From: Pyrinomonadaceae bacterium | GTDB taxonomy: Bacteria > Acidobacteriota > Blastocatellia > Pyrinomonadales > Pyrinomonadaceae | Direction of reading: 5' to 3' | Assembly (NCBI GenBank): GCA_035275605.1 | Contig: DATEMM010000461.1 | Location: 1-33,610, forward strand | Length of the DNA: 33,610 nucleotides | Part shown: one piece after another, positions 27,343 through 33,460 of the stretch | Position numbering within the stretch: the stretch's first letter is position 1 | How the letters are laid out: every line of letters starts with the position of its first letter | Made by a program: the position numbers and the translations under genes | The notes under the pieces: generated by a model | Seen by the model: only the letters and a program-made list of their open reading frames with translations | Database searches by the model: none | Told to the model about the DNA's origin: nothing

Positions 27343-27820
27343 GGAGTTCAAAAAGGGGGCCATCACGGGCGTCCGCGTTAGCAGCTTGCGCAAGTTCGTG
27401 GACGAGCGCGGCTGGCTGGCAGAGCTTTTCCGCCACGACGAGATGGAGGAAGAGTTTTATCCGGTGATGTCCTACATCTCCCTGACCGAGCCTGGGCACC
27501 AGCGCGGCCCGCACGAGCATGAGGAACAGGCGGACGTGTTCTGCTTCATCGGCCCCTCGAACTTCAAGCTGCGGCTGTGGGACAACCGTGCGGATTCGGA
27601 GACCTATAACCACCTGATGACGCTCTTCGTCGGCGCGGACAACCCGCAATCGGTGCTTGTGCCCGCAGGCGTCGTCCACGCCTACCGCAACGTCGGGAGC
27701 ACGCCCGGCGTCGTCATCAACTGCCCGAACCGCCTCTACATGGGCCAGAACCGCCGCGAAGAGATTGACGAGATCAGGCACGAGGACGACCCGGAGACCG
27801 TGTTCAGGATAGACGATTAG
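27314..27820 (+). CDS. rfbC: dTDP-4-dehydrorhamnose 3,5-epimerase-like cupin
   Basis: From ATG 27314: MQSKSAPSAREFKKGAITGVRVSSLRKFVDERGWLAELFRHD..., RGPHEH, and VLVPAGVVHAYRNVG, an RmlC-type cupin pattern. It overlaps rfbA by 29 nt. Track start 27233 is an out-of-context extension inside rfbA. Confidence 0.7.
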   Translation: MQSKSAPSAREFKKGAITGVRVSSLRKFVDERGWLAELFRHDEMEEEFYPVMSYISLTEPGHQRGPHEHEEQADVFCFIGPSNFKLRLWDNRADSETYNHLMTLFVGADNPQSVLVPAGVVHAYRNVGSTPGVVINCPNRLYMGQNRREEIDEIRHEDDPETVFRIDD

Positions 27821-27900
27821 AAGTGGTCAGTGGTCAGTGGCCAGTGGTCAGTTAAAAGCTGATTTCTCACTGACCACTGACCACTGACCACCGACCACTG
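27821..27900. repeat. Heptamer-repeat hairpin element E5 (GTGGTCA / TGACCAC family, same as E3)
   Basis: Left arm: GTGGTCA(27823) GTGGTCA(27830) GTGGCCA(27837) GTGGTCA(27844). Spacer: GTTAAAAGCTGATTTCTCAC. Right arm: TGACCAC(27871) TGACCAC(27878) TGACCAC(27885) CGACCAC(27892). There are about 2 mismatches across a roughly 30 bp stem, the most perfect hairpin of the set. It starts directly after the TAG (27818-27820) and ends 3 nt before ATG 27904. Confidence 0.95.
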
Positions 27901-27903
27901 TTC

Positions 27904-29259
27904 ATGAAAGTTGTTCGCATCATCGCCCGGCTCAACGTCGGGGGGCCGGCGCGTCACGTCGTGTGGCTCACCAGCGGGCTCGAAGGCGCGGAGTTTCAGT
28001 CCGTGCTCGTCGCGGGCGTGGTGCCGCCCGGTGAAGACGACATGGGCTACTTCGCCGCCGAGCACGGCGTCACCCCGCACGTCATCCCCGAGATGAGCCG
28101 CGAGATTTCGCCCAAGGACGCCGTCACCGTCTGGAAGCTCTACCGGCTGCTCAAACGTGTGCGCCCGGACGTCGTCCACACACACACCGCGAAGGCCGGG
28201 ACCGTCGGCAGAGTCGCCGGGTTCTTCTATCGCTGGCTCACGCCCTCAACTCTCTGGGGACGCCCGCGCCGCTGCCGCTTCGTGCACACTTATCACGGCC
28301 ACATTTTTCACAGCTACTACGGGCCTTTGAAGACGCGCCTCTTTCTCCTGATCGAAAAAATCCTGGCCCGCCTCGCGACCGACCGGATAATCGTCATCAG
28401 CCCGCAGCAGCGCCGAGAGATTCACGAAGAGTTCGGGGTGGGGCGCGCGCGCCAGTTCCGCGTCATCCCGCTCGGACTGGACACGAGCGCGTTTGCGAAT
28501 GCCGAGAAGCGCCGGCATGTCCTGCGCGGCGAGTTGAATCTGGGCGAAGAAGATATACTGGTCGGCATCGTCGGACGGCTAACAGAGGTCAAGAACCACA
28601 TGCTCTTTATCGAGGCGGCCGCGCGCTACAAAGAAAGTTTCGGGACGGTGAGCAACGGGCGGCGCGTCCTCTTCGTCGTCATAGGGGACGGGCACCTGCG
28701 CACGAAGTTGGAGAAGCAGGCCCGCGAACTCGGAATCATCGGAGAAGTCAGATTCCTGGGGACGCGCGGCGACTCGGAGAACTTCTACCCGGCGCTCGAC
28801 GTGGTGGCCCTGACTTCGCTCAACGAGGGGACGCCGCTGACGCTGATCGAGGCGATGGCGAACGCGCGCCCTTTGATTGCCACAAAGGTCGGCGGCGTGG
28901 TTGACTTACTCGGTCAAAGAGAGCGCTTAGATTTAGGAGAGGGCGAGGGGCCTGCCGGTTTCGAGCTTTACGAGCACGGCGTAGGGGTTCGTCCGAACGA
29001 CGCCGCAGCTTTCAGCGAAGGGCTCGCGCACCTGGTCTTAGCCGCAGATGCCCGGCGCGCGATGGGCGAGCGCGGGCGAGGCTTCGTCGAAAGAAACTAC
29101 TCTAAAGACCGCCTGCTCGCGGATGTTAAGAATCTCTACCGCGAGCTGGCCAAAGAAAAGTCTGGAGAGTCTGAAGTCTGGAGTCTCGAGTCAAAAACGG
29201 AAACCAGTTCTTTATCTTCTGACTCCAGACTCCAGACTCCGGACTCCAGACTTCAATAA
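27904..29259 (+). CDS. GT4-family glycosyltransferase, with a C-terminal tail encoded by repeat E6
   Basis: MKVVRIIARLNVGGPARHVVWL..., GIVGRLTEVKNHMLFIEAA, and VVALTSLNEGTPLTLIEAMANARPLIATKVGGVVDLL (E-x7-E). The homology-like part ends near ...NLYRELAKEK. The last ~33 codons (SGESEVWSLESKTETSSLSSDSRLQTPDSRLQ) translate the heptamer element. Confidence 0.85.
   Translation: MKVVRIIARLNVGGPARHVVWLTSGLEGAEFQSVLVAGVVPPGEDDMGYFAAEHGVTPHVIPEMSREISPKDAVTVWKLYRLLKRVRPDVVHTHTAKAGTVGRVAGFFYRWLTPSTLWGRPRRCRFVHTYHGHIFHSYYGPLKTRLFLLIEKILARLATDRIIVISPQQRREIHEEFGVGRARQFRVIPLGLDTSAFANAEKRRHVLRGELNLGEEDILVGIVGRLTEVKNHMLFIEAAARYKESFGTVSNGRRVLFVVIGDGHLRTKLEKQARELGIIGEVRFLGTRGDSENFYPALDVVALTSLNEGTPLTLIEAMANARPLIATKVGGVVDLLGQRERLDLGEGEGPAGFELYEHGVGVRPNDAAAFSEGLAHLVLAADARRAMGERGRGFVERNYSKDRLLADVKNLYRELAKEKSGESEVWSLESKTETSSLSSDSRLQTPDSRLQ
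29158..29254. repeat. Heptamer-repeat hairpin element E6 (AGTCTGG / CCAGACT family, same as E1)
   Basis: Left arm has AGTCT at 29159, 29168, 29175 and 29182, and AGTCA at 29189. Spacer: AAAACGGAAACCAGTTCTTTATCTTCT. Right arm has GACT at 29221, 29228, 29235, 29242 and 29249 (TCTGACT CCAGACT CCAGACT CCGGACT CCAGACT). It lies inside the 3' end of the GT4 ORF, whose stop is at 29257-29259. Confidence 0.92.
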
Positions 29260-29275
29260 AAGGGGAGCTAACAAT

Positions 29276-30241
29276 TTGCGAGTTTTGATTACAGGCGGGG
29301 CGGGATTCATCGGGTCGCACCTGTCGGACGCCTACCTTAAACGCGGCGACGAGGTCTTCGTGATTGACGACCTCTCGACCGGCAGCATCGAGAACATCCA
29401 GCACCTGAAGAACGATCCGCGCTTTCATTACACGATTGATTCGGTCCACAACCAGCCGGTCGTGGCGGAACTGGTCGATACCTGCGATGTGATTTTTCAC
29501 CTGGCCGCGGCCGTCGGCGTCAAGCTGATTGTCGAGAGCCCCGTGCGCACCATCGAGACGAACGTGCGCGGCACAGAAGTCGTGCTGGGCCTGGCCAACA
29601 AGAAGAAGAAGAAGGTGCTGGTGGCCTCGACCTCGGAAGTTTACGGTCTGAGCGACCAGGTGCCTTTCCGCGAAGACGGCAACCTGGTGATGGGCGCGAC
29701 GACCAAGGGGCGCTGGTCTTACGCCTGCTCGAAGGCGATTGACGAGTTCCTGGCGCTGGCCTACTGGCGCGAGAAGAAACTGCCAACCGTCATCGTCCGG
29801 CTCTTCAACACGGTCGGCCCGCGCCAGACGGGGCAGTACGGCATGGTCATCCCGACCTTCGTCAAGCAGGCGCTCGCCGGAAGACCCATCACCGTCTATG
29901 GCGATGGGAAGCAGACGCGCTGCTTCGGCTACGTCGGCGACGTGGTCGGCGCGCTCATCAAGCTGATGGACCACGCGGGGGCTGTCGGGCAGGTCTTCAA
30001 CATCGGCTCGAACGAGGAGGTGACGATTCTGGAGCTGGCCGAGCGCGTGAAGGAGTTGACCGGCTCCGAGTCGGAGATTTCCTTTGTCCCTTACGACGAG
30101 GCCTACGAGGAGGGCTTCGAGGACATGCCGCGGCGCGTCCCCGACGTCTCGAAGATAAACTCGCTCGTCGGCTTTCGCCCCGAGATGACGCTCGACGGCA
30201 TTCTCAAGAGCGTCATCAACTTTCACAGCGGGCGGCCCTGA
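29276..30241 (+). CDS. Extended-SDR NAD-dependent sugar epimerase/dehydratase (UDP-glucuronate decarboxylase/ArnA-C-like)
   Basis: TTG start at 29276, preceded by AAGGGGAG, giving (M)RVLITGGAGFIGSHL..., HLAAAVGV, STSEVYG, and YACSKAIDE (YxxxK). Track start 29048 is an extension through the preceding gene and through E6. Confidence 0.85.
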   Translation: MRVLITGGAGFIGSHLSDAYLKRGDEVFVIDDLSTGSIENIQHLKNDPRFHYTIDSVHNQPVVAELVDTCDVIFHLAAAVGVKLIVESPVRTIETNVRGTEVVLGLANKKKKKVLVASTSEVYGLSDQVPFREDGNLVMGATTKGRWSYACSKAIDEFLALAYWREKKLPTVIVRLFNTVGPRQTGQYGMVIPTFVKQALAGRPITVYGDGKQTRCFGYVGDVVGALIKLMDHAGAVGQVFNIGSNEEVTILELAERVKELTGSESEISFVPYDEAYEEGFEDMPRRVPDVSKINSLVGFRPEMTLDGILKSVINFHSGRP

Positions 30242-30279
30242 GCTCAAAGGCCCCGCTTCCTTTTTATGGAGGTGAAGAG

Positions 30280-30696
30280 ATGGATAACGAAAGCCGGACG
30301 GTGCTGCAACGCTGGTTCGAAGAGGTCTGGAACAAGGGGCGCGAGAGCGCGATTGACGAGATGTTCGCCGACGAAGGCATCGCGCACGGCCTAGTGGACG
30401 AGCAGGGCGAAGAGTTACGCGGCCCAGCAGGCTACAAGCCCTTTTACCATAAACTTCGCGCAGCCTTTCCCGACATCCAGGTCGCAGTCGAGGACTGCAT
30501 CTGCGAGGGCGATAAGGCCGCGGCCCGCTGCCGCGTGACGGCCAGGCACACCGGCGAGGGATTCGGCATCGCCCCCACCGGGAACCCCGTCGAGTTCACC
30601 GGCATCGCCATCGTCCGCGTCAAGGACGGGAAGATCGTCGAGGCGTGGAACAACTTCGACTTCGCGAGCCTCAACCAGCAGATAGGCATCGGCTAG
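30280..30696 (+). CDS. SnoaL-like / NTF2-fold protein (predicted ester cyclase family)
   Basis: MDNESRTVLQRWFEEVWNKGRESAIDEMFADEG..., ...ARHTGEGFGIAPTGNPVEFTGIAIVRVKDGKIVEAWNNFD. GGAGGTG Shine-Dalgarno sequence 6 nt upstream. Confidence 0.75.
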   Translation: MDNESRTVLQRWFEEVWNKGRESAIDEMFADEGIAHGLVDEQGEELRGPAGYKPFYHKLRAAFPDIQVAVEDCICEGDKAAARCRVTARHTGEGFGIAPTGNPVEFTGIAIVRVKDGKIVEAWNNFDFASLNQQIGIG

Positions 30697-30805
30697 CTGA
30701 TTAATGGCTAGCCGCTGACAGGCGCTTTCATGTTTGCGTGGAACGTGGAGCCCACGACCTCATTAGCTGGTAGAGAAAGTGATCGAGGAGTAAACTATTG
30801 CCACT

Positions 30806-31048
30806 ATGAGCGCCTTGAGAGCTTACGAAGAAGTCATCGAATTCATTGCCGCCGGAACCAGCCCGCAGAATGTCGTGGCCTTCCGCCCGTCAGAAAGCGC
30901 GAAGGAGCGTGTGGCAGACCTGATTCAACGTGAAAAAACGGACTATCTTTCACCGGATGAGAAGTCCGAGTTGGAGCACTACCTGCAACTGGAGCACCTG
31001 ATGAGACTGGCGAAAGCACGCGCCCGTCTCTATATTGCTAATGAGTAG
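30806..31048 (+). CDS. Small helical protein of unknown function, partner of the downstream HNH nuclease (antitoxin/immunity-like candidate)
   Basis: 80 aa, MSALRAYEEVIEFIAAGTSPQNVVAFRPSESAKERVADLIQREKTDYLSPDEKSELEHYLQLEHLMRLAKARARLYIANE. Its stop (31046-31048) overlaps the HNH start (ATGAGTAG). It lies in a low-G+C island. From memory, the C-terminal YLQLEHLMRLAKARA-type motif recurs in small orphan proteins of cyanobacteria and other phyla. I could not verify this here. Confidence 0.6.
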   Translation: MSALRAYEEVIEFIAAGTSPQNVVAFRPSESAKERVADLIQREKTDYLSPDEKSELEHYLQLEHLMRLAKARARLYIANE

Positions 31049-31478
31049 GTATCTTAGCGCAGAGACTCGGCAGAAGGTTGCGGCCCGCGCAGATTTCCTT
31101 TGTGAATATTGCTTAATTGCCGAAGAAGACACGTTCTTTGGCTGTGAAGTTGAGCATATCATCAGCCTCAAACACAGTGGCTCCTCAGACCCGGACAATC
31201 TGGCATACGCTTGTGCTTTCTGTAACCGGCATAAGGGGAGTGATGTCGGGTCGGTTTCTGAATCCGGCGAGTTCAGCAGGTTTTTTAATCCGCGGGCGGA
31301 TAAGTGGGCAGACCATTTTCAATTGAATGGCGTGTTTATTCAGCCCTTGACGATTATCGGTGAAGTCACGTCGCGAATTCTACAATTTAATAATGGCGAT
31401 CAAATCCTGGAACGACAGGCATTGAAAGCAGTCGAAAGATATCCGAGCAAGGCAGCGTTAATGCGCATTGAAGGATAA
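31041..31478 (+). CDS. HNH endonuclease-family protein
   Basis: MSRYLSAETRQKVAARADFLCEYCLIAEEDTFFGCEVEHIISLKHSGSSDPDNLAYACAFCNRHKGSD contains CxxC...EH...N...CxxCNxHK, the zinc-finger HNH core. My hand count of its first 120 nt gives 57 G+C (47.5 percent), far below the surrounding genes. Confidence 0.8.
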   Translation: MSRYLSAETRQKVAARADFLCEYCLIAEEDTFFGCEVEHIISLKHSGSSDPDNLAYACAFCNRHKGSDVGSVSESGEFSRFFNPRADKWADHFQLNGVFIQPLTIIGEVTSRILQFNNGDQILERQALKAVERYPSKAALMRIEG

Positions 31479-31618
31479 CCACGCCACCTCGTGGCATCCG
31501 GGCTGCCCCCCCATGCCAGCACCGCTCACACTCCGCCGCTTGATTTGTCGTCTCTAATCGAATAGGGTTTTCCGGGTAAGCTAACAAATCCAATTGCTCT
31601 GCTGCCGTAAGTAGGGTC

Positions 31619-33457
31619 ATGCCTTTTAAGCCGATATACCTGATTCCGGTCGCCGCGTCGTTTGTCCTGGCGCTCGTCCTGACGCCGACGGTGCGCGCGC
31701 TGGCGCGGCGCTGGAAGATCGTCGCCAAGCCGAAGAGCGACCGCTGGCACAAGAAGCCGACGGCGATGCTCGGCGGCGTCGCCATTTTTCTCTCGGTCGC
31801 CACGGTCCTCGTTCTCTACCTCTTCGTCGTCCCGCCCAGGCCCGACGAAATTCTGAACCACGACCGCGACTACCTCTGGGTCGTTCTCGGCGCGAGCGCC
31901 TTTCTCTTCGCGGTCGGGCTGGCCGACGACCTCTATCATGCGAAGCCCTACCAGAAACTCATAGGGCAGATCATGGGCGCGGCCTTCGTCATCTACTACG
32001 GACTGACTTTGCCCTGGACCGGGTCGGCCCCCGTCAACATGGTGATTACCATCTTCTGGCTGATCGGAATCACCAACGCCATTAACCTGCTCGACAACAT
32101 GGACGGGCTCGCTTCCGGGATCGCGGCCATCTCTTCGATCTTCCTGGCTTTGAGCTTCCTGGCCAGCTCGCAGCCGACAGAGGCGCTGGCGCTCGCGGTC
32201 TTCGCCGCCGCGCTCGTTGGCTTCCTGGTCTACAACTCGAACCCGGCCTCAATCTTCATGGGCGACTGCGGCTCCATGTTCATAGGGTTCTTTCTGGCCA
32301 GCACGTCTTTGATGAGCGCGGCCCAGGGCGGGCGCTCGCGCAGCTTCCTGCCAGTGCTGGCCGTGCCGATTCTGATTCTCTTCATCCCGATCTTCGACAC
32401 GACGCTCGTGACAGTGCTCCGCAAACTTTCTGGGCGCTCGGTGCGCGTCGGAGGGCGTGACCACGCCTCGCACCGTCTGGTGGCATTGGGCATGTCGGAG
32501 CGGCGCGCGGTCTGGATGCTCTACGGCTTTGCCGGATTCTCTGGGCTGATCGCGCTGCTCGTGCGCGAGGCGAAACTTGACGTCAGCCTCGCGGCCATCG
32601 GCGGCTTCACAGTCCTGCTCACGCTGCTCGGGGTTTATCTGGCGGGCGTCAAAGTCTACGACGAGGATGAGGCGAAGGCGGCGCGCGAAAAACCGCTCTT
32701 CGCGTTCCTGGTCGATCTCTCATACAAGCGGCGCGTCTTCGAGGTGATGCTAGACGTCCTGCTGATTATTTTCGCTTACTACGGCTCCTACGTTTTAAGA
32801 TTCGGGCCGATGGAATCGAGCGGCGCGTGGCGCGTCTTTCTGCGCACGCTCCCCGTCCTGGTCTTCGTCAAGATGGCTGCGTTCCTGGCGGTCGGCGTTT
32901 ACCGCGGCATCTGGCGTTACACGAGCGTGGACGACCTAGTCGTCTTCGCAAAAGCCGTCGTGCTCGGGTCGGTCGCGAGCCTGCTGGCGATTCTCTTTGC
33001 GTTCCGCTTCGAGGGCGTCTCGCGCACGGTCTTCATCGTGGACGCGATTTTGCTGTTCATGCTGCTGGCCGGGAGCCGTATGGCCTTCCGGCTCTTCCGC
33101 AAGCTCCTTCCGACGCAGGCCCCGCGCGACGGCTGCCGCGTCCTGATTTACGGCGCGGGCGACGGCGGCGAACTGCTCCTGCGCGAGATGCAGAACAACA
33201 GGGACTTGCAGTACGCGCCCGTCGGCTTCGTGGACGACGACCCGAACAAGAAGGGCAAGGTCATACACGGCCTGCGCGTCTTCGGCGGCAACGGGTCCCT
33301 GCGCGCCATCTGCCGGGAGCAGCGCGTGGACGAGGTGCTCATCTCCAGCTCGCGCTTTCCCCCCGAGCGCGTCGCGGAAATCCTGAGCGACTGCCGCGAA
33401 GCGCAGGTCACGCTCAAGCGCATGTTGATTAGAATCGAAGACGTCAGCGACGAGTAA
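31619..33457 (+). CDS. Polyprenyl-phosphate HexNAc-1-phosphate transferase (WecA/MraY family) fused to a CapD/WbpM/WbaP-type TM plus Rossmann-like module
   Basis: N-terminal ~330 aa: LADDLYHAKPYQKL, NAINLLDNMDGLASG, IFMGDCGSMFIGFFLA, and IPIFDTTLVTVLRKL...GGRDHASHRL, the WecA/MraY motifs. C-terminal ~240 aa (from about nt 32700): RRVFEVMLDVLLIIFAYYGSYVLRF..., GVYRGIWRYTSVDDL, SRTVFIVDAILLFMLLAGSRMAFRL, and RVLIYGAGDGGELLLREMQNNRDLQYAPVGFVDDDPNKKGKVIHGLRVFG. This is the pattern normally found at the N-terminus of CapD/WbpM dehydratases and WbaP-type phosphoglycosyl transferases. Confidence 0.85.
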   Translation: MPFKPIYLIPVAASFVLALVLTPTVRALARRWKIVAKPKSDRWHKKPTAMLGGVAIFLSVATVLVLYLFVVPPRPDEILNHDRDYLWVVLGASAFLFAVGLADDLYHAKPYQKLIGQIMGAAFVIYYGLTLPWTGSAPVNMVITIFWLIGITNAINLLDNMDGLASGIAAISSIFLALSFLASSQPTEALALAVFAAALVGFLVYNSNPASIFMGDCGSMFIGFFLASTSLMSAAQGGRSRSFLPVLAVPILILFIPIFDTTLVTVLRKLSGRSVRVGGRDHASHRLVALGMSERRAVWMLYGFAGFSGLIALLVREAKLDVSLAAIGGFTVLLTLLGVYLAGVKVYDEDEAKAAREKPLFAFLVDLSYKRRVFEVMLDVLLIIFAYYGSYVLRFGPMESSGAWRVFLRTLPVLVFVKMAAFLAVGVYRGIWRYTSVDDLVVFAKAVVLGSVASLLAILFAFRFEGVSRTVFIVDAILLFMLLAGSRMAFRLFRKLLPTQAPRDGCRVLIYGAGDGGELLLREMQNNRDLQYAPVGFVDDDPNKKGKVIHGLRVFGGNGSLRAICREQRVDEVLISSSRFPPERVAEILSDCREAQVTLKRMLIRIEDVSDE

Positions 33458-33460
33458 GGC

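Noticed and set aside
5529-27393. Other long antisense or alternative-frame ORFs: 5529..6140 -, 7638..8288 -, 8276..8980 -, 14696..15376 -, 15827..16579 -, 16990..17484 -, 22598..23206 -, 22951..23619 +, 24758..25540 +, 26497..27393 -, 27173..27781 -, 32827..33432 +
   Set aside because: Each overlaps a gene with strong family motifs in another frame or strand. All have the Arg/Ala/Gly/Pro-rich composition typical of off-frame translation of G+C-rich coding DNA.
2010-29275. N-terminal extensions of ORF-track entries (2010, 9390, 13653, 18521, 21240, 23619, 27233, 29048; also 1886 and 11612 on the minus strand)
   Set aside because: The extensions precede the conserved N-termini (GxGxxG Rossmann starts, the Cys nucleophile, the GT2 start). 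They often begin at non-ATG codons and in several cases run through the upstream gene or a repeat element. Starts were moved to the first start codon consistent with the family N-terminus.
29600-29614. (AAG)5 run encoding KKKKK in the SDR gene, as a possible phase-variation tract
   Set aside because: Slippage of a trinucleotide repeat keeps the reading frame, and five units is short. It most likely encodes a surface loop. There is no evidence for an on/off switch.
29126-30247. 373 aa minus-strand ORF antisense to the SDR epimerase/dehydratase
   Set aside because: Same reasoning. The + strand frame carries the GxxGxxG, STSEVYG and YxxxK motifs, and the antisense product has none.
30697-31618. 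Mobile-element hallmarks around the HNH island (direct or inverted terminal repeats, integrase, tRNA attachment site)
   Set aside because: I found only short local hairpins: GGCTAGC..GCTAGCC at about 30691-30714, and GCCAC-CTC-GTGGC at about 31484-31496. There are no matching flanking repeats, no transposase or integrase, and no tRNA. The island is called on composition and gene content only, not as a defined mobile element.
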